64,000 nucleotides of DNA, taken from assembly GCA_963707505.1 (NCBI GenBank), contig CAVPQB010000004.1, forward strand, positions 704,001 to 768,000, given 5' to 3'. Each line of letters starts with the position of its first letter. The stretch's first letter is position 1. Under the pieces are notes generated by a model. That model was not told the origin of the DNA. It searched no databases and saw nothing but the letters and a program-made list of their open reading frames with translations. This document shows positions 28,465 through 37,251 of the stretch, piece by piece. Source of the DNA: an uncultured Gemmatimonadales bacterium (GTDB taxonomy: Bacteria; Gemmatimonadota; Gemmatimonadetes; Gemmatimonadales; Gemmatimonadaceae). Position numbers and translations under genes: made by a program.

Positions 28465-30531
28465 ATGAATTGGCTGATTAACGCCGCCGACAAGGCCGGT
28501 TGGCATGCCGCCTCCAGGCCAGCCGTCTCGGCAAGCACTACCCTGGAAGCCGCGTGGCGCGCCGTGGCCGATGCTTACGCCGTCTCGGAGGCAGAGCTCG
28601 CCTGCCAGGTGGCAGCGCTGTTTCGCATCCAGCTCGCCACACTCGACGCAGTGGAACCGCGCGCGGTCAAGCTCGTTCCCGAGAAGACTGCGCGAAAACA
28701 CCATGTTCTCCCGCTTCGCGAGTCGCAGAACGAGATAGTCGTCGCGACCAGCGACCCCACCGATTACAACGCGGAGCAGGCTGTACAGTTCACGGCCGGC
28801 CGTCGTGTCGTGTTGGAGGTCGCGCCCTATCAGGCGCTGCTGGACGGAATCAATGCGCACTATTCGCCCGAGCGGGCGATGGAGGGGTTGCTGCGCTCGA
28901 TGGACGTCACGTTGAGTGACGTCAAGGTGGTCGAGACGGAAGTAGCGGACCAGGTCGCGGTAAGTGAGGCAGACGCCGCGCCGGTGATTCAGCTGACCAA
29001 CATGGTTCTGCACGCGGCGATCGCATGCAATGCAAGCGACATTCATCTCGAGCCCGGCCGGCATCAGGGCGTCGTTCGGTTCAGAGTCGACGGCGTCATG
29101 CGACAGTACATGCAGATGCCGTTGATTGCGCTCACGCGCGTCGTATCGCGCATCAAGGTCATCGCCAAGCTCGATATTGCCGACAGGCTGCGTCCGCAGG
29201 ATGGCCGCACGCGCGTGTCGATCGCAGGCCGCACATTCGACCTGCGCATCTCCACCGTTCCGACGCGCGAGGCGGAGAAGGCTGTCATTCGTATTCTGAA
29301 TCCTGACGCGTCGCGCTCGCTCGAGGATCTCGGCATCGCGGATCACGAGCTGGCACGGCTCAAGTATCTGCTCTCATTCCGTGAAGGGGTAGTCATCGTC
29401 ACTGGTCCAACGGGATCAGGGAAGACGACAACGCTCTACGGCGGAGTGCGCGAGCTCGCCGCGCATGCGATCAATATCATGACCGTCGAAGATCCGGTCG
29501 AGTACGAGCTGCCGGGTGTCACGCAGATTCAGATCGATCCCAAGCGCGACGTAACGTTCGCATCGGCGTTGCGCGCCATTCTTCGCCAGGATCCCGACGT
29601 CGTATTCGTCGGCGAGATTCGCGATGCGGAGACGGCCAGCATCGCGCTCCAGGCGGCCGCGACTGGCCACCTCGTCCTGTCCACGCTTCACACCAACGAT
29701 GCTGTCGGCGCCATACAGCGCCTGATCGATCTCGGTCTCGATCGCTCCGCAGTCGCTCCGGCGCTCCGTGGTGTGGTGGGCCAGAGATTGATTCGCCGTT
29801 TGTGCAGTGTCTGTTCAATCGACCAGCCGGAGCAACGCGATGCTGCGACTGTGCGTCTGGAGCGTGCGTTCGGCGTCCGTCAGGCGCGTCGCGCGGTCGG
29901 TTGCAAGGAATGCGGTGAGACCGGCTATCGCGGACGCATTCCACTCGACGAAGTGTTGGTGAGCAACCCCGACTTTCAGGAGAAGCTGACACACAACGCC
30001 CCCACGCTCGATCTTCAGCGCGCGGCCGAGAAGGGCGGGATGCGTCCCATTCGCGAAGTCGCGCTTGGCCACGTTGTCGTCGGGAACACGACACTCGACG
30101 AAGTGGAACGCGTGCTCGGCGAAGGTGAAGGTCCGCCTGATAGAGGCGATGAACGTCCGCGCATTCTCGTTGTCGACGACGATCCGGTCACCCGCGAGCT
30201 CGCTGTCGGAGTGTTGAAGGCGACGGGATTCACCGTTGAGCAGGCAACCGACGGACAGGCGGCTCTGGATCTGCTCGCGCACGATTCACGATTCTCGCTC
30301 GTCACGCTAGACCTGAGCATGCCGCGAGTGACCGGCCTCGACGTCCTGCGACAGATGCGCGCGTCCGCAGCGACGTCGGGCGTACCGATTGTCGTGTTGA
30401 CGAGCACCGATGGTGAGGAAATGGAAATCAGCCTCATGAACGAAGGCGCCGACGATTACCTGCGCAAGCCGCTCGACCCAGCCCGATTCATCGCGCGCAT
30501 TCGGGCAGTGTTGCGACGGGCGGCAAGCTAG
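28465..30531 (+). CDS. GspE/PilB-family ATPase with C-terminal receiver domain
   Basis: ASDIH, RLRPQDG, GPTGSGKTTT, EDPVE, LRQDPD, STLHTN, CSVC/CKEC; then LVVDDD...LDLSMP...VLTS...RKP. Confidence 0.93.
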   Translation: MNWLINAADKAGWHAASRPAVSASTTLEAAWRAVADAYAVSEAELACQVAALFRIQLATLDAVEPRAVKLVPEKTARKHHVLPLRESQNEIVVATSDPTDYNAEQAVQFTAGRRVVLEVAPYQALLDGINAHYSPERAMEGLLRSMDVTLSDVKVVETEVADQVAVSEADAAPVIQLTNMVLHAAIACNASDIHLEPGRHQGVVRFRVDGVMRQYMQMPLIALTRVVSRIKVIAKLDIADRLRPQDGRTRVSIAGRTFDLRISTVPTREAEKAVIRILNPDASRSLEDLGIADHELARLKYLLSFREGVVIVTGPTGSGKTTTLYGGVRELAAHAINIMTVEDPVEYELPGVTQIQIDPKRDVTFASALRAILRQDPDVVFVGEIRDAETASIALQAAATGHLVLSTLHTNDAVGAIQRLIDLGLDRSAVAPALRGVVGQRLIRRLCSVCSIDQPEQRDAATVRLERAFGVRQARRAVGCKECGETGYRGRIPLDEVLVSNPDFQEKLTHNAPTLDLQRAAEKGGMRPIREVALGHVVVGNTTLDEVERVLGEGEGPPDRGDERPRILVVDDDPVTRELAVGVLKATGFTVEQATDGQAALDLLAHDSRFSLVTLDLSMPRVTGLDVLRQMRASAATSGVPIVVLTSTDGEEMEISLMNEGADDYLRKPLDPARFIARIRAVLRRAAS

Positions 30532-30545
30532 ACGGCGAGCTTTCC

Positions 30546-31049
30546 TCAAGCTCCAGCCGTGTACTCCCCCGATTTACCGCCGCTCTTTCGCAGCAGTCGC
30601 ACGCCGCCAATGACCATCGATCTGTCCACGCTCTTCGCCATGTCGTAGATCGTTGCGAGCGCGATGGACACTGCCACGATCGCTTCCATCTCCACGCCCG
30701 TTGTGCCGGTGCTCACTGCAGTTGCCTCGACGTGAATTCCGCAAATCGAGTCGTCGATCGATAATACGACGTCGACATGTGACAACGCGATCTGATGACA
30801 CAACGGAATCAGATCAGCGGTTCGTTTCGCCGCCATGATTCCGGCGATCCGCGCAACTCCCAGTACATCGCCCTTCGCAATCATGTTGTCGCGAATCGCG
30901 GCGACAGCGACAGCCGACATCGTGATGTTGCCGGCTGCAGTTGCGGTGCGAAGCGTTTCTGCCTTTGCGCTGACATCCACCATGTGCGCTTCACCGGCTG
31001 AGTTCGTATGACTCAGACGCGGGTTCTCTGGGCGTTGCGCGGGAATCAA
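30546..31049 (-). CDS. moaC: Cyclic pyranopterin monophosphate synthase
   Basis: MVDVSAK, KGDVL, LIPLCH, TGVEMEA, YDMAK, KSGGKSG. Confidence 0.97.
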   Translation of the reverse strand: MIPAQRPENPRLSHTNSAGEAHMVDVSAKAETLRTATAAGNITMSAVAVAAIRDNMIAKGDVLGVARIAGIMAAKRTADLIPLCHQIALSHVDVVLSIDDSICGIHVEATAVSTGTTGVEMEAIVAVSIALATIYDMAKSVDRSMVIGGVRLLRKSGGKSGEYTAGA

Positions 31050-32116
31050 GCCGGCACCCCCTGCAGCGCATCGAGCAACGCCGCGGCAGTCAGCTGTGGA
31101 CTCACGTTTCCATCAGCGCGCGCCTGTGCTTCGGTCACGGCGACGGTTGCTTTCGCCGCCGCATACGCACCGGCGGTGTCACCACTCGACAGCGAAGACT
31201 CCGCGCGCTCACGTAGAAGCACGTTGAGCTCGGCGAGCATGTCGCTGAACGCGCCGCGCGCGCCCGCCGTGCCCTGCGCAAGCGCTGCTGCATAACGCTC
31301 CGCGCCGCGCGACGACGACGCCTGCAGCAGTTTGAGTGCAGCCGCGCGCGCGCTCGAAAGCGCAACAGCCGATAGCAGATCGCCCGGCGCGCCATGTGCA
31401 AGCGCAACACGCTCTGTGTCGCCACGTGGAAGATCCAGCGAATCGAGCATCGCCTTCACGTTCGGCTCCCGAATGAACGCCAGCACTTCCGCGTCCGCGA
31501 GCGGTGCGCAACGAATGCTTATCACGCGCGAGCGAACCGTTGGGAGCAGCGCGCCGGGCTCGCTCGACGTCAACAGAATCGTAGTGTCCGGTGGCGGCTC
31601 CTCCAGCAGCTTGAGAAACGCGTTCGCCGCCTGATCGGATCCTTCCTGCGCAACCATGCGCTCGGCATCGCCCACGATGAAGACCTTGCGATGACCCATC
31701 GCTGGCGACATCGCGGCCTTGCCGACAATGGTGAGCGTAGTCGCGAGAAAGATCGCCTCGCTGCCAGAAGGGCGCGGATACAATCCGTGACTCTCGACAC
31801 GCTCGCTGCTCGCCTCTCCCAGATCCTCCATAACGTCGTCGGATGTCGCCGAGGAGTCGGTGAGACGCGGGCGCGGATATACCCAGAACACGTCGGGATG
31901 CCGCAACTCCAGCACACTCCTGCACGCGAGGCAGGTTCCGCATGGCTTGTCGGCGTGCTCACAGACGAGCAGCTGTGCGAGCCATAGAGCCAGCCGCTGC
32001 TTCCCAATGCCACGTTGCCCTTCGAATAGAATCGAGCCAGGAAGAGTGCCGGCGTCGATCATTCGGCGCAGTCGCCGGCGAATGTTCTCGTGGCCGGTTA
32101 GCTGTACGATCGGCAT
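31046..32116 (-). CDS. holB: DNA polymerase III delta-prime subunit
   Basis: GQRGIGK, PCGTCLAC, HPDV, AANAFLKLLEEPP, LLPTVRSR. Confidence 0.92.
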   Translation of the reverse strand: MPIVQLTGHENIRRRLRRMIDAGTLPGSILFEGQRGIGKQRLALWLAQLLVCEHADKPCGTCLACRSVLELRHPDVFWVYPRPRLTDSSATSDDVMEDLGEASSERVESHGLYPRPSGSEAIFLATTLTIVGKAAMSPAMGHRKVFIVGDAERMVAQEGSDQAANAFLKLLEEPPPDTTILLTSSEPGALLPTVRSRVISIRCAPLADAEVLAFIREPNVKAMLDSLDLPRGDTERVALAHGAPGDLLSAVALSSARAAALKLLQASSSRGAERYAAALAQGTAGARGAFSDMLAELNVLLRERAESSLSSGDTAGAYAAAKATVAVTEAQARADGNVSPQLTAAALLDALQGVPA

Positions 32117-32196
32117 GTCGGAAATATGGCACGGTGTGTGACGTTACAGAGCAGGATAGATTCCTTGAAGAACACGCAAATCGTGAGGTTATACAG

Positions 32197-32820
32197 ATGG
32201 CATCAGGCAAACTGGACGGCCGCCGCGTCGCATTTCTCGCGACGAACGGGGTTGACGAGTCGGAATTGGCTGAGCCCTGGGCGGCCATTACCCAGGCGGG
32301 AGCGAAAGCGGAGCTGCTCTCTCTGCAGAACGGCGAGATTCAGTCGATCACGAAGGGCGAGAAGGGGCGCAAGTTCAAGGTGGACCGCCTCGTAGCCGAT
32401 GCATCCGTGCGGGACTACGACGCGCTCGTTCTGCCCGGCGGTGTCAAGAACCCTGATACGCTCCGGATGAATCCGGCTGCGGTGGAATTCGTGCGGTCCT
32501 TCATGAATGCCGACAAGCCGGTCGGCGCGATCTGCCATGGGCCGTGGCTGCTGATCGAGGCAGGCTGCGTGCGCGGCCGGACGCTCACCTCATATCCGAG
32601 TCTTCGGACCGATATCACGAATGCTGGTGGTGACTGGGTCGATCGAACCGTGATAACGGATCAGAAGCTCGTGACGAGTCGTAATCCTGGTGACCTGCCT
32701 GCGTTTGACGCCGCCCTGGTGGATACGATCGCGAGCGCAATTGACGAACGAACGCTCGATCGGACGATAGAACAGAGCTTCCCGGCCAGCGATCCGGCGC
32801 CAGGCCCGTCGGCGCTGTAG
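32197..32820 (+). CDS. PfpI/DJ-1 family protein with SFPASDP tail
   Basis: GVDESEL, LVLPGG, ICHGPW, TSRNPGDL. Confidence 0.94.
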   Translation: MASGKLDGRRVAFLATNGVDESELAEPWAAITQAGAKAELLSLQNGEIQSITKGEKGRKFKVDRLVADASVRDYDALVLPGGVKNPDTLRMNPAAVEFVRSFMNADKPVGAICHGPWLLIEAGCVRGRTLTSYPSLRTDITNAGGDWVDRTVITDQKLVTSRNPGDLPAFDAALVDTIASAIDERTLDRTIEQSFPASDPAPGPSAL

Positions 32821-32826
32821 GAAAAT

Positions 32827-32852
32827 GCCATCCCCGCGTTGGCGGGGGTGAC
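32827..32852. repeat. Degenerate copy of the dRS3/REP-like hairpin
   Basis: GCCATCCCCGC-GTTG-GCGGGGGTGAC just after the pfpI stop. Confidence 0.6.
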
Positions 32853-32883
32853 CGCTAGTGAGTTTCACCATGAAATTCTGAAT

Positions 32884-32933
32884 GTACTTTATCGGAAAAA
32901 GTACTTGACACCGTGATCGCGCCCCCGCAGACT
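32884..32933 (+). promoter_or_regulatory. Palindromic operator abutting a sigma70 promoter
   Basis: GTACTTT-7 bp-AAAGTAC (32884-32904), then TTGACA (32905-32910), 17 bp, CAGACT. Confidence 0.7.
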
Positions 32934-32941
32934 TCGTCGCC

Positions 32942-33559
32942 ATGACCAAGGTGCTGCCGATACGCGAGGATCCGGCCCCAGAGCCGCCCGCGTTGCACGC
33001 GCGCGCGATGGACAATCTCGCTTTCATCAGGTCCACGATGGAGAACGCGGGCGCGTTCACCGCCGTTTCCGGATGGGGAATGGTCATCGTCGGATTCCTG
33101 GCTATCGCAGCTTCGTTCATAGCCTCGGCCCAACCGTCGACGGCCCGCTGGCTGGATGTATGGCTCGCACTCGCAGCAGCCGGCATCGTCGTCCAACTCT
33201 GGGCAATGCTCGCCAAGGCACGAGCCTCCGGTGTTCCACTTCTATCGGGGCCTGGCCGCAAGTTCGTGCTCGCCGTCTCTCCGCCGCTCCTCGCTGGTGC
33301 GGTTCTGACGGTGGTACTGCACCGTGCCGGCATGGCCGCAATACTCCCGGGCCTCTGGCTTCTTCTATATGGCGCCGCCGTTGCTGCCGGCGGCGCATTC
33401 TCCGTCGAGATCGTTCCGGTCATGGGACTCTGCTTCCTGGCCGCGGGCGCGCTCGCTCTATTCACACCGCTCGCGTGGAATGACTGGATTCTCGCCATCG
33501 CGTTCGGAGGTTTTCACATTGCTTTCGGAATTCCAATCGCGCGGAGGTACGGTGGCTAA
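32942..33559 (+). CDS. Multi-pass membrane protein of unknown function
   Basis: AMDNLAFIRSTME followed by about six hydrophobic segments, ending FGGFHIAFG. Confidence 0.85.
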   Translation: MTKVLPIREDPAPEPPALHARAMDNLAFIRSTMENAGAFTAVSGWGMVIVGFLAIAASFIASAQPSTARWLDVWLALAAAGIVVQLWAMLAKARASGVPLLSGPGRKFVLAVSPPLLAGAVLTVVLHRAGMAAILPGLWLLLYGAAVAAGGAFSVEIVPVMGLCFLAAGALALFTPLAWNDWILAIAFGGFHIAFGIPIARRYGG

Positions 33560-33965
33560 GGCAGGACGCGCCAGACCCAAGGCGCACTCACAGGCCGTTG
33601 CTCCGGCTTCTGCCGGCCACGTCGCGCCGACACCGCTCGCGCCCATCAACGGGCGCGCTGTCGACGCCGTCCCGGCCGCTCTCGATCGTCTTATCCATGA
33701 ACGGTTGCGGCTCGGGATCGTCAGCGCCCTGGCCGTCAATGACGTGCTCAGCTTCAACGAGCTCAAGACTCTGATGCAGACCACCGACGGCAACCTGAGT
33801 GTGCACGCCAGGAAGCTCGAGGATGCTCGTTACATCACCTGCACCAAGACATTCGAAGGACGCGTGCCTCATACGCAATACTCTCTTACCGCCGTCGGAA
33901 GATCGGCGCTTGCTCGATACCTGGATCATATGGAAGCGCTGATTCGCGCAACGAGGGAACGCTAG
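33552..33965 (+). CDS. Winged-helix transcriptional regulator (HTH_34 type)
   Basis: LDRLIHERLRLGIVSAL, TTDGNLSVHARKLEDARYI, T.YSLT..GR. Confidence 0.92.
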   Translation: MAKAGRARPKAHSQAVAPASAGHVAPTPLAPINGRAVDAVPAALDRLIHERLRLGIVSALAVNDVLSFNELKTLMQTTDGNLSVHARKLEDARYITCTKTFEGRVPHTQYSLTAVGRSALARYLDHMEALIRATRER

Positions 33966-33968
33966 CCA

Positions 33969-34739
33969 GTGCATTCACACTCGAAGCCGGCATCGACCGG
34001 AACGACGTTACTCACTGGTTCCGATGGTCATCCCAGTGACAAGCTGCACGTGGCGATCATCATGGATGGAAACGGACGCTGGGCAACGGCCCGCGGCCGG
34101 CCGCGCACATCGGGGCACGTAGTCGGCGCGCGGGTCGTGCGCACCATCGTCGAAAGTGCCGAGGATGCAGGCATCGGCGCCCTCACGCTCTACGCCTTTT
34201 CGGCTGATAACTGGAAGCGTCCCACGCGCGAGGTAAGCATGCTGATGCGCCTGTTCAGGCGCTATCTGCTTTCCGAGATGGATCGCTGCGTCCAGAACGG
34301 CGTTCGCATGCGGATCATCGGAAGGCGCGACCGCATACCGGTCGAGCTGCGCCGCACAGCCGAAACGGCAGAGGAAACAACCTGCGGCGGTACCCGGCTC
34401 GACCTCCGCATCGCTCTGGACTATTCCGCACGGGATGCGATGGTGATGGCCGCCGAGCGTGCTGGCGGGCGCGCACTCACGCGCGACAGCTTCATGCGGC
34501 TCATGAACGAGGTCACCCACTCCGGCCCGGTCCGTGACGTCGACCTTCTGATCCGGACCGGCGGCGAGCAGCGGCTCAGCGACTTTCTGCTCTGGGAATG
34601 CGCCTACGCCGAGCTCTACTTCACCGACCTGATGTGGCCGGAATTTTCGCCAGCCGACCTGCTCGCGGCGGTGCGCGAGTTCCACGCGCGTGACCGTAGG
34701 TACGGTGGCGTCCAGGAGTCTGTAGCGGCGGCAGGGTGA
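33969..34739 (+). CDS. uppS: Cis-prenyltransferase (UppS family), probably a second paralogue
   Basis: HVAIIMDGNGRWA, YAFSADNWKRP, DLLIRTGGEQRLSDFLLWE, RRYGG. Confidence 0.93.
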   Translation: MHSHSKPASTGTTLLTGSDGHPSDKLHVAIIMDGNGRWATARGRPRTSGHVVGARVVRTIVESAEDAGIGALTLYAFSADNWKRPTREVSMLMRLFRRYLLSEMDRCVQNGVRMRIIGRRDRIPVELRRTAETAEETTCGGTRLDLRIALDYSARDAMVMAAERAGGRALTRDSFMRLMNEVTHSGPVRDVDLLIRTGGEQRLSDFLLWECAYAELYFTDLMWPEFSPADLLAAVREFHARDRRYGGVQESVAAAG

Positions 34740-34806
34740 TTCCCTAACAGAATCCTCATGGGCAGGGCGGTGGCATGATCGCGTGTGAAGCGCTAAGATC
34801 ACGTTC

Positions 34807-37092
34807 ATGCTCCGACTGTCCCTCCGCCCGAACGTGGTGGCAGCCTACCTGTCCGCGCTCATGGTCTGCGTGATGGGATGGCTGGTCTTCCAGCGTGTGG
34901 ATGGAGCCCGAGCGGTGACGGTGCAGTCACGCAGCGCGCTGGCCGTAATGAACGCTGTACGCGTGCTGGGTGGCCGTATGCGCGACGCCAATCTGGCGGA
35001 GCGTGATCTCGTAGTCACCAACGATCCCCGTTACGCTGGCACTTACACCGCCGCATCCGACGGAACGGTGCGCGCACTATCCGGGCTGCGCGATGTTTCC
35101 GTACCGTATCCGAGCGTGGCATCCCGCCTCGATTCGCTCGGATATTTCGTCCATCTCCGCCTCGGCGAGCTCGATGAAACGGTCCGGCTCCGCCGCGACG
35201 CAGGTGCGAAGGCCGCGGCGGATGTCCTGCGCTCGCAGCGCAGCAACGAATCCGATCGAAAGATCGATGAGTTGCTCGGCTCCATCGCGATGACAGTGGA
35301 TCGTACTGCTTCCGGGACGGCAGCGGGTCTGCGCGCGGAAGGTCAGCTCCTGCTATTGCTTATCGCGGCCACCGCAGTGCTTGCCGTGCTGCTTGCATTT
35401 TTCGTGAACATCATGCACGCGCGCAACGTTCGTGCACAGCGTCGCATGACAGAGGAGCTCGAGAATCAGTCGCTCCAGCTTCAGATTCAGGCAAACGAGC
35501 TGACCGCGACAAATCGTGAGCTCGAGACCGCGACGACGGAGATGCTCCGGCAGACGGTTGAGGCCGAGCGCAGCGAGATGCGGCTCGCTGGAATTCTTGG
35601 CTCTGCCACGGATGCCGTCGTTTCGTTCGACGATGACGAGCGGATCGTTTACTTCAATGCCGCCGCCCGACGTCTGTTCGGTCTCGAAGAGAATCTGATT
35701 CCCGGTGCACGCATCCGCACCGCAATTGCCGATCGCAGCTCGCTTGCATTCGAGGAGCACATGCTGGCAGCGCGTCGCTCGGCGCACCTCGGCGAGGCAA
35801 GTCCAGAGGTGTGGGACACCCTGGTCATTCGCCCGAACGAGGACGAGATTCCGGTCGAAGTGTCGATGGCTTATGCACGCACCGGAAAGCAGGGATTGTT
35901 CACGGCGGTGTTGCGTGATGTCTCCCGACAGCGGCAATTCGAAGAAGAGTTCCGTCAGGCGCAGAAAATGGAAGCTGTCGGACGGCTTGCCGGCGGAATC
36001 GCGCACGACTTCAACAATCTGCTGACTGTAATTGGTGCGTCGAGCGACTTCCTGTTGCACGATCTGCGTGATCAGTCCAGTTCGTTGTCCGCTGACGTGC
36101 GCGAGATCAAGGCCGCTACGAACCGCGCCGCGTCGCTCACGCGACAGCTGTTGGCGTTCAGTCGGCGACAACTGGTGCAGCCGCAGATGCTCGATCTCAA
36201 CGCGGTAGTGCGCGAGATGGAGACCATGCTGCGCCGATTGATCGGTGAGAACATGACGCTCTCGACCGAATACACCGAAGACATCGGGCTCGTGAAGCTC
36301 GATCGCGGACAACTCGAGCAGATAATCGTGAACCTCGTGGTGAACGCGCGTGATGCGATGCCAGGAGGCGGAACGGTTCGCGTGTGCACTGGGACTGCCA
36401 TCGCTGATACGAATGGAATCCCTGGTGAGTGTGTGACGTTGTCGGTCGCGGATTCAGGCGTCGGGATGGATGAACAGACGCGCGCGCGAATCTTCGAGCC
36501 ATTCTTCACCACCAAGGAGCAGGGCAAGGGGACCGGGCTCGGTCTGTCGACGGTGTACGGAATCGTCAAGGCATCGGGAGGCAATATCGAGGTGCAGAGC
36601 GACGTCGATGAAGGGACAGAGTTTCAGCTTCGCTTTCCATGTGTGGATGACGACATTGCCACGGCGTCGGTCGAGCCCCTCGCTCCGGACGCCGGTCGCG
36701 GCTCGGAAACTGTGTTGGTCGTCGAGGATGAGGAGCCACTCCGTCGCCTCACTCGTCGTATTCTCGAGTCGCGCGGCTACACGGTGTTCGATGCCGCTGA
36801 CGGCGAGGAGGCGATTCGCACGCTGGCCTCGGTGTCATCACACGTGGATCTGTTACTCACGGATGTCGTGATGCCGGGAATGAGCGGCCGCGAGCTGGTG
36901 GAGTGCCTGCTGCCGGTGTACCCATGGCTTCGGGTGCTGTTCATGTCTGGCTACACGGAGGACATGATGCTGCAGCACAGGGTGGCCGAGCTTGGAATCA
37001 CGGTCGTCGAGAAGCCCTTTACGCGCGACGATCTTGCACGTGCCGTCAGAAATACCCTGGACCGCGCAGTGGAGACGATCGAGATAGCCTGA
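34807..37092 (+). CDS. Hybrid sensor kinase (CHASE3-like, PAS, HisKA, HATPase, REC)
   Basis: Two TM segments, AQKMEAVGRLAGGIAHDFNNLL, NARDAM, GTGLGL, VVEDE...TDVVMP...EKP. Confidence 0.95.
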   Translation: MLRLSLRPNVVAAYLSALMVCVMGWLVFQRVDGARAVTVQSRSALAVMNAVRVLGGRMRDANLAERDLVVTNDPRYAGTYTAASDGTVRALSGLRDVSVPYPSVASRLDSLGYFVHLRLGELDETVRLRRDAGAKAAADVLRSQRSNESDRKIDELLGSIAMTVDRTASGTAAGLRAEGQLLLLLIAATAVLAVLLAFFVNIMHARNVRAQRRMTEELENQSLQLQIQANELTATNRELETATTEMLRQTVEAERSEMRLAGILGSATDAVVSFDDDERIVYFNAAARRLFGLEENLIPGARIRTAIADRSSLAFEEHMLAARRSAHLGEASPEVWDTLVIRPNEDEIPVEVSMAYARTGKQGLFTAVLRDVSRQRQFEEEFRQAQKMEAVGRLAGGIAHDFNNLLTVIGASSDFLLHDLRDQSSSLSADVREIKAATNRAASLTRQLLAFSRRQLVQPQMLDLNAVVREMETMLRRLIGENMTLSTEYTEDIGLVKLDRGQLEQIIVNLVVNARDAMPGGGTVRVCTGTAIADTNGIPGECVTLSVADSGVGMDEQTRARIFEPFFTTKEQGKGTGLGLSTVYGIVKASGGNIEVQSDVDEGTEFQLRFPCVDDDIATASVEPLAPDAGRGSETVLVVEDEEPLRRLTRRILESRGYTVFDAADGEEAIRTLASVSSHVDLLLTDVVMPGMSGRELVECLLPVYPWLRVLFMSGYTEDMMLQHRVAELGITVVEKPFTRDDLARAVRNTLDRAVETIEIA

Positions 37093-37251
37093 GCCGCGAC
37101 TGGTTGCCGTTCGCTCGCGGCACCGCCGGTAGTTTTGCGCCCACCACAGCGAACGACGCCTGTAGGTCGTACTTTGCGCAGGACGAAACGACGCACTGGC
37201 TGGCTGGCTGGTTCGCGCCGTCTCAAGACTATTCTCCCACCCGGCGGACTA

